A stretch of 64,000 bases of DNA from a virus. How positions within the stretch are numbered: position 1 is the stretch's first letter; every line of letters starts with the position of its first letter. The position numbers and the translations under genes are program-made. Shown piece by piece: positions 1 through 10,138 of this stretch. The notes under the pieces were generated by a model. The model was not told the origin of the DNA and did not search any database. It saw only the letters and a program-made list of their open reading frames with translations. Location of the stretch: IMG/VR virus record IMGVR_UViG_3300045988_121463; one strand, written 5' to 3'.

Positions 1-1
1 C

Positions 2-379
2 GTACAATTGCTTGACGATGATAGCCGTGAAGAATCCGGAAGTGGGACATATTACGAACGTGAATGTGATGCGCTGTTTGACATTGACGGACGCGGCAAT
101 ACGGAACGCCTTGTAGCCAGAAATCCAAAATTGAGAAATCTGCTGGAAGATGGCGAGTATATACCATCTCTTGGTCAATTAAATTTAATGGCCCATTATA
201 TGAACGAACTAAACAAAGCATTCACTTATGTTTCGGCATCTCCCCTCTCCTCGACGTGGTATTGGTCCAGTACTGAGAGCAGCCAGGCCGTCGCGTGGTA
301 CGTGGTCTTCTCCAGTGGCCTCACGGGCACCGGCAACAAGCACATCGGAGACATGGTTCGGGCGGTAATTGATTTTTAA
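2..379 (+). CDS. DUF1566 (Lcl C-terminal-like) domain protein, C-terminal fragment; reading frame is open to the window edge
   Basis: Motifs IPSLGQLNLM ... YWSSTE ... AWYVVFSSG ... K ... VRAV match the DUF1566 signature (LPTxxEL...YWSST...AW...F..G...VRxV). No in-frame stop upstream, so the N-terminus lies outside the window. Confidence 0.5.
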   Translation, partial: VQLLDDDSREESGSGTYYERECDALFDIDGRGNTERLVARNPKLRNLLEDGEYIPSLGQLNLMAHYMNELNKAFTYVSASPLSSTWYWSSTESSQAVAWYVVFSSGLTGTGNKHIGDMVRAVIDF

Positions 380-390
380 AAAGGATTACA

Positions 391-1197
391 ATGATAACAT
401 CAGTAAAAATAAAAGACAATACAAAAACTCCTTTTGAATATGCTTCTGACATAGAAGCGTTTGAAAATAGTAGAGAATTTATTTTCAAGCCAGGAGTGAA
501 TGTGATTGTAGGTAAAAACGGTAGTGGAAAATCAACTTTGCTTAACATCATATCAATGTATGCGTTATGCGAGAAATCCATGTGCTCTGAAATACCGATC
601 GAGGCACTGGATTTTCTACCTATATTTGATGATGATGATAAGGTTCTTGATGGGATTGATATATCATCCGATTATGCAGGGAAAGTATTCCGTTTATTGC
701 CATCGGCGGAGATGAATCGAGATAGCGTATTGAAAAACATCAGCAACTTAGATTTGTATGTGAATAATATTAGAAGATCTTATGGAGAGAAAGTGGTGTT
801 ATCATTGGAATCACTTTTCAATTTAATGTTCGGTCAAAAGGATTATACGTTTCCAGTACAAGATCTTGTAGAATACAAGAAAAAATCAAATGCGTTTTGG
901 ATTAAAAGAATTGATAGTCTGTTGAAGTATTATAAAAGAAACCGCATAACATTAACAGAAAGCAGTTTTGAATACACGGTTCTCATGGATGAGCCAGACA
1001 GGAATCTTGACATTGACAATATAATGCAAATTTATAATGTATTGTCATTCCATAAACCACAAACGCAAATTATAGCCATAGTACACAATCCGGCATTGAT
1101 TTACAAATTAAGCAAATTAGATTGTGTGAATTTCATAGAGATGACAGAAGGATATCTAAAGGATGTTGTCAATTTCATAAGTGAAACAAATAAATGA
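391..1197 (+). CDS. P-loop NTPase (ABC/AAA_21-like ATPase)
   Basis: Walker A GKNGSGKSTLLN, Walker B-like hydrophobic stretch ending MDEPDRNLD, distal H-loop-like IAIVHNP. Confidence 0.6.
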   Translation: MITSVKIKDNTKTPFEYASDIEAFENSREFIFKPGVNVIVGKNGSGKSTLLNIISMYALCEKSMCSEIPIEALDFLPIFDDDDKVLDGIDISSDYAGKVFRLLPSAEMNRDSVLKNISNLDLYVNNIRRSYGEKVVLSLESLFNLMFGQKDYTFPVQDLVEYKKKSNAFWIKRIDSLLKYYKRNRITLTESSFEYTVLMDEPDRNLDIDNIMQIYNVLSFHKPQTQIIAIVHNPALIYKLSKLDCVNFIEMTEGYLKDVVNFISETNK

Positions 1198-1203
1198 AAG
1201 AGA

Positions 1204-1557
1204 ATGAGAAAAGAACTGAAAATAATAGGATCAAGAGATCGGCACGTATTTACAGCGACATTCATTCGTTTTGGATTCAGGGATGGGTATAAAGGACCTG
1301 TAAAGACAATACTTTTACAAGACGTGTTACTCGATGGTAAAATAGTAACAGATCATTTGTGGTTTGATTTGACAAAAGGATTCGAAAGCGCCGATTTATT
1401 ACCAGGCGATGTGGTTGAGTTTTGTGCAAGGGTTAGTATTTACGAGAAAGGATATAAAGGATATAGGAATGACGTATTCGATAGGCCGATAGAAAAGGAT
1501 TATCGATTGTCAAGACCAACAAAGATTAAAAAGATTGGGAAGAAATCAATAGATTGA
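1204..1557 (+). CDS. hypothetical protein
   Basis: 117-aa ORF tightly packed in the same-strand array; no recognisable motif. Confidence 0.4.
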   Translation: MRKELKIIGSRDRHVFTATFIRFGFRDGYKGPVKTILLQDVLLDGKIVTDHLWFDLTKGFESADLLPGDVVEFCARVSIYEKGYKGYRNDVFDRPIEKDYRLSRPTKIKKIGKKSID

Positions 1558-1657
1558 CATACTACCGCGAACTTTAGGTGTGGGAGTATGTCAAAGAGAT
1601 GACAGAAGGGCATCTTAGTAAAACTTGTATATTTGTGTCTAATTAATTAAAGGTGAG

Positions 1658-1972
1658 ATGAACTGGAAGAAATTCAAAGAGGAAAAACCTTCAGAGGGAG
1701 AAGAAGTGTTGGCTTATCACCCAAGTTGGATAGATGAAGATTTCAACCCAAGAGGTATAAGAATAGGGTTTTGGAATGGAGGAGACGATTTTAAATCGGC
1801 TCATTGGTGGGATTATCAAGATTGTTATATCACAATCTCTCATTGTGATTGTGATGATAATTCTCTTTTCAGTGATAGAATAAAAAACAGCATAGAGCCA
1901 GAGTTATGGATATCACTTGATGTTATTACAAATTACTTACCTGATATAAAACAAAATCACTTATCACAATGA
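1658..1972 (+). CDS. hypothetical protein
   Basis: 104-aa ORF with ATG preceded by a TATATTTG motif (1628-1635) and a purine-rich stretch; 4-nt overlap with the next ORF. Confidence 0.4.
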   Translation: MNWKKFKEEKPSEGEEVLAYHPSWIDEDFNPRGIRIGFWNGGDDFKSAHWWDYQDCYITISHCDCDDNSLFSDRIKNSIEPELWISLDVITNYLPDIKQNHLSQ

Positions 1973-2352
1973 GCTATTTTATATTAATGGGAAGAAGAAT
2001 CCCCAAGCAAGCCATAACAGGCTTCAAATTTCAAAATGAAACAGATAACATTCGTCCTTTCTTGTCAATCAGGATAAGGGGAAAGGACGAAATTATACCT
2101 TTCAAAGATAAAAAGGAGATACAGTCTGTAAAAGCGCATCTGTGTTCTATCTTTTCTGGGTTTGTAAAAATAGGTGACTGGTATCTCAAGATGTCGGAAG
2201 TTAAGGAATATAAGCCGGTGACTGCCGAAGATATGAACCCCTACATCTTGTTTAAGACATCTAAGTTTGGAAATATAAAAGTTCGTTTCCCGAAAGATGA
2301 AGATATGAATGCGGAATTGTTGGTGTTAGATCAGCTTTTTGATGTAGAATAA
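1969..2352 (+). CDS. hypothetical protein
   Basis: 127-aa ORF translationally coupled to the upstream ORF (ATGA overlap). Confidence 0.4.
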   Translation: MSYFILMGRRIPKQAITGFKFQNETDNIRPFLSIRIRGKDEIIPFKDKKEIQSVKAHLCSIFSGFVKIGDWYLKMSEVKEYKPVTAEDMNPYILFKTSKFGNIKVRFPKDEDMNAELLVLDQLFDVE

Positions 2353-2376
2353 ACTATTAATCATCTTTTAAAAATC

Positions 2377-2628
2377 ATGACCTGGAAAGAATTGAAAGAC
2401 AAAATATCCCTTATGACGGAAGAAGAGCAACGACAAGAAGTTGCAGTATGGGGAGAAAATATGAATCTAATGAAAGATTGTTCCTTGGAAAAAACAAACG
2501 AGGATATGTACTACAACTCTGAATGGGATTATACTCGTGAAGAGAGCGAATTGGAACTGGAAGACAAGAATGACCCTGATGTACATAAGGTGTATGAAGC
2601 AGGAATGCATTATATTTATTCGAATTGA
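2377..2628 (+). CDS. hypothetical small acidic protein
   Basis: 83-aa ORF in the array. Confidence 0.35.
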   Translation: MTWKELKDKISLMTEEEQRQEVAVWGENMNLMKDCSLEKTNEDMYYNSEWDYTREESELELEDKNDPDVHKVYEAGMHYIYSN

Positions 2629-2646
2629 TTTTAAAAAGATCTGATT

Positions 2647-3393
2647 ATGGCAGCATTAACAACACTAAATATAACGGAAAAGAACGCTAATAACAGTTTG
2701 TCTGTAACTGTTAAAGTGAATGTCACCAAAGAAGGAGTGTTTACCACTACCTTGTCAAAAGAAGATGTGGACAAGATTCATTCTTATGGGATCAAATTAC
2801 CTACAAACAGATTAGGCGACGAAGGATATTTCAATAGTATAGCACTTTCTGATTTGGAAAGTCAAATCAGGGAAGTTCTGAAGAGATGTTTGAGTTATAA
2901 AATAGTAGAAGAAGTGCCTGTTATTAAGTATCAACTGGAAACGAATTGCATGTTTTCCTATGACAAAAACGGAAATATTGTCCCTAACCCCTCTAAGGAA
3001 TGGACAGGAGGCGATGAAAATGGAAAATGGAGAGATGGAACTTCCCGTTTAGATGCCTTAAACACCCGACCTTTCGGTTTTAGTGTTTATGCAAAACCAT
3101 TTCTAAAAAGAGTAATTGAATATGGAAATGGAGAGACAAAAGTAGAATACGGCAGGTTAAATACAGAAAAAGGAACTTATGCGCACTGGCTGAATTGTGT
3201 AACGAGCATATCATACAATAGATATAAACAGGTAATGGAAGTGGAGTGTAACGAATGTACCTCGAAATTATTCGTTGATATGATCAAGTCCATTTGTAAT
3301 ATAAGCGAACAAGTTAAGAGTTTTGTCAATCCAGAACAAATAAAAGCAATTGCGGAGTCAAATGAACCGATTTTGCTTTTATCTAACAACTAA
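2647..3393 (+). CDS. hypothetical protein
   Basis: 248-aa ORF with no recognised motifs. Confidence 0.45.
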   Translation: MAALTTLNITEKNANNSLSVTVKVNVTKEGVFTTTLSKEDVDKIHSYGIKLPTNRLGDEGYFNSIALSDLESQIREVLKRCLSYKIVEEVPVIKYQLETNCMFSYDKNGNIVPNPSKEWTGGDENGKWRDGTSRLDALNTRPFGFSVYAKPFLKRVIEYGNGETKVEYGRLNTEKGTYAHWLNCVTSISYNRYKQVMEVECNECTSKLFVDMIKSICNISEQVKSFVNPEQIKAIAESNEPILLLSNN

Positions 3394-3627
3394 AAAATCA
3401 TGAGGTATGTATGTGTTTTTTATCTGCTTTCTGTTATGGCTTATTTTTACATTGTTATTATCATCAACTGTCATAGGATTGGTTATAAGCGTGAGTGATG
3501 AATGGCAGGAAATGGGTGACAAAATAATAGATAAACTTTAATAAAATATGAATAAGAATATAATCAACAACGCTCAACTTTTAGAGATTAAAACTAAGAT
3601 TAGACAACTTGGAGCAATTAATAAGAC

Positions 3628-3894
3628 ATGAAACAAGATATAGAATTTGCTGTTCCTCTTTTTAAAGCTGGTGCAGAATGGCGCATTAACAGCGTGTGGC
3701 ATTCTATAACAGTAATTCCAGATTGCCACCGTTTTATTGTGTTTCTCCCTAAGAAATCAACAATAGGATCAAAGAATCCAATTATGGGTATATTGGAAGA
3801 GAACAAAACTTTTATATCCAGCCGTCCAGGATGTATTTTATGCAGATTAGATGAAATGGAATCATGGGCTTATTTGGATGATCTATTACCTTAG
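3628..3894 (+). CDS. hypothetical protein
   Basis: 88-aa ORF. Confidence 0.3.
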   Translation: MKQDIEFAVPLFKAGAEWRINSVWHSITVIPDCHRFIVFLPKKSTIGSKNPIMGILEENKTFISSRPGCILCRLDEMESWAYLDDLLP

Positions 3895-3927
3895 GTAATT
3901 ATATACTCAATTTTAAAAGTTAGAATT

Positions 3928-4176
3928 ATGAAAAAAGATTTAACAGACAAAGAAAAAGAGGAAAGAATGAATTACCTTACCATTCATAAATGTAAAAACG
4001 AGGATGAACGTAAAGAGTTAAAAGAATTATGTGATTGGTATTTTAAGGATACTCCTACATTAACTATGTCTTTTTCTTTAACAGAAGAAGATTTTCGGGT
4101 AACAATGGAAAGGGACGTGGAGTTGTCGGAGGTAGCCAGAGCGGTAAAGAATCAACACCATAAGAAGAAAATTTGA
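3928..4176 (+). CDS. hypothetical protein
   Basis: 82-aa ORF. Confidence 0.35.
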   Translation: MKKDLTDKEKEERMNYLTIHKCKNEDERKELKELCDWYFKDTPTLTMSFSLTEEDFRVTMERDVELSEVARAVKNQHHKKKI

Positions 4177-4182
4177 AAGGTT

Positions 4183-4398
4183 ATGACCGACAGAGAACTT
4201 CTTGAAGAAAACAATAAGATGTTAAAGGAAATTCTAAGTTTTGTGAGAAAAGTTGATTCTGCTGAATACAGGGATCATCAAGACTTTATGGAATTTCTTA
4301 GAAATGTGGCAGCCGATATATGGGTGGAATATACGGAGCCTGAACAAAGAAGTAAGTTGTTTAATTTAATGAATAAAAAAAATGAAAACAGTTTTTGA
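4183..4398 (+). CDS. hypothetical protein
   Basis: 71-aa ORF. Confidence 0.3.
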   Translation: MTDRELLEENNKMLKEILSFVRKVDSAEYRDHQDFMEFLRNVAADIWVEYTEPEQRSKLFNLMNKKNENSF

Positions 4399-5050
4399 TT
4401 TAAGCAGAGATGAGATTGTGGCATTGACAGACGAAGAGATAAGTCTGTATATAGACAAGGAGCTTGCTGGTAAAGGTATTCCAATTGAAGCTAAAAACTG
4501 GAATATAAAGAACGAAAAAGAAGTCGTGTATCCAAGAACTGGAGTTCCAGTATTTATGTTAAAAGATATCGGCATCGGTTTTAGAACCGTAGAAGGTGCA
4601 ACTGAGGTGGCTAATTTGCTTGTTAAATATAATGCATTTAAAATAGAATCAAGGTTTCTGACAGGATCGTATGAACAGTTTTGGATCATAAAAGAAAGTG
4701 TTTGCCCGGCTATTAAAGGGGAAGCGGGGTATAGCAAGGAAGAGTTTGATAAGGTAAACAAGGAAAACAAAGATCCAGAATTGGAAAGTATAAATTCCTT
4801 CAATGATACTGTGAAAAAAGCCAATGAAATTAAAGACAGGGTGTTGAAATACGTGTACAACATAAAACAAGAGCGTTCATATAACAATGACCTGGTTGGT
4901 ATCTTTGAAAGGTATAAAGATATAGCAGACGGTGATATGGAGGTAGCTATGAATTTTATTAAGGAAGCCTATCCATTCAATGAAGAAACAGAGTCGTTTA
5001 TCAGAAAAAAGTTTGACATGCCTATACCGGACGAATCAAAAGAGCAGTAA
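4382..5050 (+). CDS. hypothetical protein
   Basis: 222-aa ORF. Confidence 0.45.
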   Translation: MKTVFDLSRDEIVALTDEEISLYIDKELAGKGIPIEAKNWNIKNEKEVVYPRTGVPVFMLKDIGIGFRTVEGATEVANLLVKYNAFKIESRFLTGSYEQFWIIKESVCPAIKGEAGYSKEEFDKVNKENKDPELESINSFNDTVKKANEIKDRVLKYVYNIKQERSYNNDLVGIFERYKDIADGDMEVAMNFIKEAYPFNEETESFIRKKFDMPIPDESKEQ

Positions 5051-5199
5051 TTAAGCTAAATTAAATCATTTTGAATCTTTTTTATTATCAAAAGACATAT
5101 CTTTGTCCCAAAAAAAACAAACAGAATGGAAGAAAAAGAGATAAAAGAAGCTATGATTGAAGCCCTGACGCATTTAGATTAGAGGGGTGTAAGTATTTC

Positions 5200-5385
5200 G
5201 TGGCTACGATAGTAAATGAGGAGGAAAGAAGATTTGATATGAGCCTAAGAATGTCACAGTATCAATTGGCGTTAGTTATAAAAGGCATCTTATCTAATAA
5301 TGAAATGATGATGATGGACGTTTTGCAGTGGTGTTCTGAAAGATTTAAAAATAGTATAGAGAAAGGAAAGAAATCAACTAATTAA
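5200..5385 (+). CDS. hypothetical small protein
   Basis: 61-aa ORF downstream of TATCTTTG (5098-5105). Confidence 0.3.
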   Translation: MATIVNEEERRFDMSLRMSQYQLALVIKGILSNNEMMMMDVLQWCSERFKNSIEKGKKSTN

Positions 5386-5396
5386 ATATTAATACA

Positions 5397-5867
5397 ATGA
5401 ATCGCTGGTTTGAAATTACGGTAAAAGCCGAGATTGATAATATCGAGAACGGCAAAAAAAAGAAAGTAACTGAAAAGTATTTGGTAGATGCCTTGTCTTA
5501 CACAGAGGCAGAATCAAGATCGTTGGAGATCTTCAAGGATTTGTACAATTCTTTCGAGGTTGTAAAAATTAATCCTATTAAAGTGTCGGAAATCTTCTTC
5601 AACGGAGAGGCTGAGTACTGGTATAAGTGTAAGGTGAATTACATTACACTGGATGAAAAGAAAGGTAAAGAAAAGAAAACACCATGCTATATGTATGTCC
5701 AGGCCGGCAATCCCAAGGATGCCGAAGCTGTGTTGACTAAAGGCATGCAGGGTACGTTGGGCGACTGGAACTGCGAAGCTATTGCTGAAACGAAGATCAT
5801 AGACGTATTCAAATACGATCTTCAGAAGGGAGCTGAAAAATTAGGCGAGAAGAAGAGTGAAGAGTAA
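5397..5867 (+). CDS. hypothetical protein
   Basis: 156-aa ORF. Confidence 0.45.
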   Translation: MNRWFEITVKAEIDNIENGKKKKVTEKYLVDALSYTEAESRSLEIFKDLYNSFEVVKINPIKVSEIFFNGEAEYWYKCKVNYITLDEKKGKEKKTPCYMYVQAGNPKDAEAVLTKGMQGTLGDWNCEAIAETKIIDVFKYDLQKGAEKLGEKKSEE

Positions 5868-6096
5868 GGCTGATGTAGTTTCCAACATAGCGCTTGTTGT
5901 GGCGATAATATCATTGCTTTCAGCAGGCGCTTTCCTTCTGATAGTGATTAAGACAGACGAGGTATCTAAATTATTAATGAACGTACCTTATCTACTGGCT
6001 TCAGCGGGATTGTTCTTTTCAATAATATCATTATTATTCGAATGGAAAGCAAGGAAAAGAAGCTATACGTCTGCGAACGATGCGGACGAAAAGTGA
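5857..6096 (+). CDS. small membrane protein
   Basis: 79 aa with two hydrophobic helices (IALVVAIISLLSAGAFLLIVI; LLASAGLFFSIISLLF). Confidence 0.35.
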   Translation: MKSKADVVSNIALVVAIISLLSAGAFLLIVIKTDEVSKLLMNVPYLLASAGLFFSIISLLFEWKARKRSYTSANDADEK

Positions 6097-6563
6097 TGAT
6101 AAGAAGTCATGGCTTATGCCAGGCTTGCAGGAGCAAAGAGTTGACTCCGAAGAAGAAAAACAGAATTACATCCATTAAAAACAGCAGCAAGAAGAAAAAG
6201 TTAGAGAGCCCGGATTTATCCGGGTTTTTTCGTCTTATGCTGGAAGAGCTAAATAGTATTCGGATGTCTATGACTGGTAGGGCTATTCATTTTCCTACAG
6301 TATGTAACGTATGTCACATACTTCCGAAAAGGATATATAAGTCGGTTGCCACTTGCAGAGATAATATAGTTTTTCTACATGAATCGGAGCATACGGTATT
6401 CGACATGTATCTTGACCGGATAGAATTTGATAAACTTGAAACAGAATTTCCTTTTGTGTGGAAATATGCGGTAAAGAAGGTACTGGATATGGAAAGCAGG
6501 GGAATGATTAAAGAAAGAGGTAGGTTGATTATTGAAATAATTGACAGATATAACCCCAAATAG
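6042..6563 (+). CDS. zinc-ribbon protein
   Basis: N-terminal CERCGRK ... CQAC zinc-ribbon-like cysteines followed by a basic linker. Confidence 0.4.
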   Translation: MESKEKKLYVCERCGRKVMIRSHGLCQACRSKELTPKKKNRITSIKNSSKKKKLESPDLSGFFRLMLEELNSIRMSMTGRAIHFPTVCNVCHILPKRIYKSVATCRDNIVFLHESEHTVFDMYLDRIEFDKLETEFPFVWKYAVKKVLDMESRGMIKERGRLIIEIIDRYNPK

Positions 6564-6645
6564 TATTTGAGAAAGCAGCCACAGATATTGATGAGACTGT
6601 AACTGTGTTGTATTATGTTAAAGAGGAATTAATTGAGAAATTGCG

Positions 6646-7965
6646 ATGATAGAACAGAAAATAAAAATATTGACAGATTTAGGGTTTGTACCTATGGTGG
6701 AGGGAAAAGGAAATACGTTGTTTAGAATGAACGATGTTGTGATGTCGGTGTCAGATCCTAATCAAACACCGGAGCAATTGAGAAAGGAAGTTATGTCTTT
6801 AATAAAAAACAAAGATATAGCAGAAAGAGGCGGACGGGTTCCAGTAGTTAAAGAGCCGGAGCCTGAGCCAGAGCAGGCCCAGGGAGAAGAACCGGAAGCT
6901 CCGGCAGAGGAAGCAGATCCTAACCCTGGAGAGGAAGATTCGAATCCGTTTACAGAAAATCAAGAAACGTTAGAGCCGTTTTATATCTGCGATGAGTTGA
7001 AGAAGATTGAGACTCCCAAATTCGTAAGATTGACATTAGACGATAATCGTTTTTATGTAAGGAAGATGGATGATGGAACGGCCAAGATATATGCTTCGGT
7101 AACAACTTTAATCAAAGATGGGTATGTAGATGATAAGACCGCACTTCAGGAATGGAAGCAAGAGATGAAGATGCTTGGTCGCAATCCGGAAGAGGTGGCA
7201 CAGTATGAAGCCGACAGGGGAACGATCATGCACTATCTGTACGGATTGTACCTAACAGGTAGAGATATGGTCTTAAATCGAAGCTTTGTAGTTAAGACAG
7301 TGCAAGAAGGCAAGCTGAAAATATCTAAGAAAAATCTTGATCGGTTTTTTAACAGTATTGATGATCTTGATGATATGATTGTCAGAATTATGAAGTTTGC
7401 CAAATTTTGTTCAGAGTATAAGGTTAAGCCGATGATGATTGAAAGAATATTGTCATTAGAAGACTATTTAGTAGCTACGCCGATAGATGCGATGGTTAAA
7501 ATGACATTCAAATACAAAGAAGAAGGTTATTTTGGAGCCGTGTATCAAAGGGCTACAGGGCAGTTTAAAAAAGGTGATCCGAAGAAGGAGGTAAGAGACG
7601 TGGAGAAGGAAGAAGTGGTTATTCTCGACTTTAAATCAGGGGGAATATGGGAATCATACGCATTTCAATTAGAAGCTGAAAGAAGAATGGTTAAAGCATG
7701 GTATGGGATTGATGCACGTATTATGAACTTTTCTCCAAAAAGCACGAGCAGCAAAGGATATACGTTGAAAGAATGGACAGAAGACAGTATAGCACTTGAA
7801 AAGGCGGACTGCGTGTTCCAACAAGGTATGTTGAATCACCTTAGAAAAGATAAGAAGTTCAAAGTGAGAAAAGGAGTGCTGAATATCAATAAGCCGTACA
7901 ATGAAGAGGATCATACGGTCGTGTATGATATTGCAGAGGAAATGTCTAAAAGATTCATAATATGA
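6646..7965 (+). CDS. putative PD-(D/E)XK-family nuclease with acidic linker
   Basis: PIDAMVKM ... VVILDFKSG ... FQLEAE resemble RecB/Cas4-family motifs II and III (hhhD, D-x-K) and QxxxY. Acidic E/P-rich low-complexity region at residues about 70-110. Confidence 0.4.
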   Translation: MIEQKIKILTDLGFVPMVEGKGNTLFRMNDVVMSVSDPNQTPEQLRKEVMSLIKNKDIAERGGRVPVVKEPEPEPEQAQGEEPEAPAEEADPNPGEEDSNPFTENQETLEPFYICDELKKIETPKFVRLTLDDNRFYVRKMDDGTAKIYASVTTLIKDGYVDDKTALQEWKQEMKMLGRNPEEVAQYEADRGTIMHYLYGLYLTGRDMVLNRSFVVKTVQEGKLKISKKNLDRFFNSIDDLDDMIVRIMKFAKFCSEYKVKPMMIERILSLEDYLVATPIDAMVKMTFKYKEEGYFGAVYQRATGQFKKGDPKKEVRDVEKEEVVILDFKSGGIWESYAFQLEAERRMVKAWYGIDARIMNFSPKSTSSKGYTLKEWTEDSIALEKADCVFQQGMLNHLRKDKKFKVRKGVLNINKPYNEEDHTVVYDIAEEMSKRFII

Positions 7966-8195
7966 ACGATATTGTTATTCCTGAAGGAGATTATATAGAA
8001 ATCGTAAAACCGATATGCATCAATCCTTTTGGTGGTTATTTTATTAACATCAAAAGGGGTTCGAGATTAAGATTATCGAAAGATTTGAAAATAGGAGATA
8101 AATATGCAATATGTGTACTTGCATCTCATAAGAAATATGGCAAGACCATCGAAATAATAATGCCTATATTGGTCAGAAATACAAGAAGAGTATGA
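7962..8195 (+). CDS. hypothetical protein
   Basis: 77-aa ORF with ATGA overlap to the upstream gene. Confidence 0.3.
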   Translation: MNDIVIPEGDYIEIVKPICINPFGGYFINIKRGSRLRLSKDLKIGDKYAICVLASHKKYGKTIEIIMPILVRNTRRV

Positions 8196-8542
8196 AAAGA
8201 AAAATTAGAAGAACAGGAGAGATAATAGACGTAATCACTTTCAGTAGCTCAACTACAAGAAGCGACCATGACAGAATACAGTTCTATGGTGATAATGGGA
8301 ATGTGATAAGTGAGAGTTTAAATTTTTATCTCGATACCCTTCCTGTAAATGACGAAAACAAAGATGTAGACTGGGAGCAACGTAGATTCGATCTTATTAA
8401 GGCTTATTCTATTGAGTTTGTTAAAGCACAAAATAGAAAAGGTGAAATAGATTGCGGAGTATATGTACCAGATGTGGTGTCATGGTCTATAACTATAGCA
8501 GATAGAATCATAGAGGCGATGAGAGGAGTTAAAAATGCTTGA
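8192..8542 (+). CDS. hypothetical protein
   Basis: 116-aa ORF, coupled. Confidence 0.4.
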   Translation: MKRKIRRTGEIIDVITFSSSTTRSDHDRIQFYGDNGNVISESLNFYLDTLPVNDENKDVDWEQRRFDLIKAYSIEFVKAQNRKGEIDCGVYVPDVVSWSITIADRIIEAMRGVKNA

Positions 8543-9548
8543 TTTTAGAAAATACGAAAACGTACCCCGGTTTCAACTTGACCGCAGACCCGGCAGGAGC
8601 CGGCTGAAGCTAACCTGCCCGGCCTGCGGGAAAAGCCGGTGCCTCACCCCTTATATTGATGTGGCAACAGGTCAGGTTGTTGGAAACGAGTTCGGAAGAT
8701 GCGATCATGAACGGACTTGCGGTTACGATAAACGACCTACCGGCAAGGATGTAGGTGACAAAGATCTTTGGATTTCGGGAAACAAGTGTATAAGAGCTTA
8801 TCGCCCTCCTGTAAATCCTGACGTTGTAAATTACATACCTTTTAGCGAGTTTGAGAGGACTGTGGTTCCAGACGATAGAAACACTGTATTTAGATTTTTA
8901 TCGTCTCTATGGGGAAAAGAAAGGGTGTCTGATGTATTCAGGAGGTATCATGTAGGAACAATGGACTTATGGGGATGGAAAGGATGTTGTATATTCTGGC
9001 AGATAGACAAAGATTTTGTATGTAGAACCGGCAAGATCATGGACTTTTATATAAAGACCGACAGCCAGGGGAATGAGATTGATGTAAAAAGAGTGAAAGA
9101 AAAAGACGGTGACAATGAGCGGCCTCATGTCATGTTTTATCACTCGTTGCATGCAAGAGACTTCTTGTTTAGACAATGCCTGTTCGGAGAACATCTTCTA
9201 AGCCAGTATCCGGATAAGGTGGTTAATTTGGTGGAATCAGAAAAGACGGCTATTATATGCGCTGTGAATAAACCGGATGAGTTATTTGTAGCTACCGGTG
9301 GGTTGCAGAATCTAAGGCCGGAAGTGATAGATGTTTTAAAAGATAGAAAGACTGTAGCTTTTCCGGACAAAGGACAAGCATTTGAGACATGGAGTAAAAA
9401 GATAGATGGGATGATGATGAAGTCAAGGATAAAAGTATCGGACTATCTTCAAAATGTTGAAAATGTAGGGGACGGAGATGATGTGGCAGATTTGATAATC
9501 AATAACAAGGTAAAAGAAAAACAGTATGAGCCTGGACGTTTATATTAA
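8535..9548 (+). CDS. putative primase-like protein (zinc ribbon plus Toprim-like segment)
   Basis: CPACGKS ... CDHERTC zinc-binding cluster. Later VNLVESEKTAII and AFPDKG resemble the Toprim acidic motifs. Sits immediately upstream of the DnaB-like helicase. Confidence 0.35.
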   Translation: MLDFRKYENVPRFQLDRRPGRSRLKLTCPACGKSRCLTPYIDVATGQVVGNEFGRCDHERTCGYDKRPTGKDVGDKDLWISGNKCIRAYRPPVNPDVVNYIPFSEFERTVVPDDRNTVFRFLSSLWGKERVSDVFRRYHVGTMDLWGWKGCCIFWQIDKDFVCRTGKIMDFYIKTDSQGNEIDVKRVKEKDGDNERPHVMFYHSLHARDFLFRQCLFGEHLLSQYPDKVVNLVESEKTAIICAVNKPDELFVATGGLQNLRPEVIDVLKDRKTVAFPDKGQAFETWSKKIDGMMMKSRIKVSDYLQNVENVGDGDDVADLIINNKVKEKQYEPGRLY

Positions 9549-9879
9549 AAGTAAGAAGAAAGAAGAGGATCGTGAATGGGTTGCAAACATTACCCACAAC
9601 ATGAACAAGATGGCACAAAGAATATTCGTATCAGAAAATAAAGAAACGCTGTACGATTATGTTTGGAGACCAGAAGAATTGGGTAGGGAAATAGATACCG
9701 ATGAGATGAAGAATGTACTTACAAAAGGTATATGTATTATGATCTCCAAGAGAAAAAGTCTTTTGAAATACGAGCCAGAAAATGGATGGGGGTCTTATGA
9801 TTCATTTCTTAAGTTTCTTATCGAATACAAAGAGGCGTGTGAAGATCATCCTGGTTATATAATTGAAGCAAGCAGATAA
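9526..9879 (+). CDS. hypothetical protein
   Basis: 117-aa ORF. Confidence 0.35.
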   Translation: MSLDVYIKSKKKEEDREWVANITHNMNKMAQRIFVSENKETLYDYVWRPEELGREIDTDEMKNVLTKGICIMISKRKSLLKYEPENGWGSYDSFLKFLIEYKEACEDHPGYIIEASR

Positions 9880-10138
9880 TATGGAAAATTACAAAAACAC
9901 TTTAAATGAGGTAGTGGTGATCGAATCGTCACCAGAAACGTGTTTTGTTTACGCTATTCGTAATGCTATTCGTATCTCTAAATGTGCGTATCCGACAGCC
10001 AAGAAAGTAATTTTCAAAAGAGAGGATGTAGAGGTAGAGATTTCGGAAATGGAAACTGAAAACAGTTTGTATGAAAAGTTTAAAGAAAAACAAAAGAATA
10101 GGGTATGGAACTTAATGAGCGCCAACAACGGGTTTTAA
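9863..10138 (+). CDS. hypothetical protein
   Basis: 91-aa ORF. Confidence 0.3.
   Translation: MKQADNMENYKNTLNEVVVIESSPETCFVYAIRNAIRISKCAYPTAKKVIFKREDVEVEISEMETENSLYEKFKEKQKNRVWNLMSANNGF

Noticed and set aside
3401-3499. 32-aa hydrophobic peptide ORF (MRYVCVFYLLSVMAYFYIVIIINCHRIGYKRE) and other peptide ORFs under 40 aa in intergenic spacers (for example 5127-5183 and 25735-25839)
   Set aside because: Too short to support from sequence alone; they may be small membrane peptides but are equally likely to be noise.
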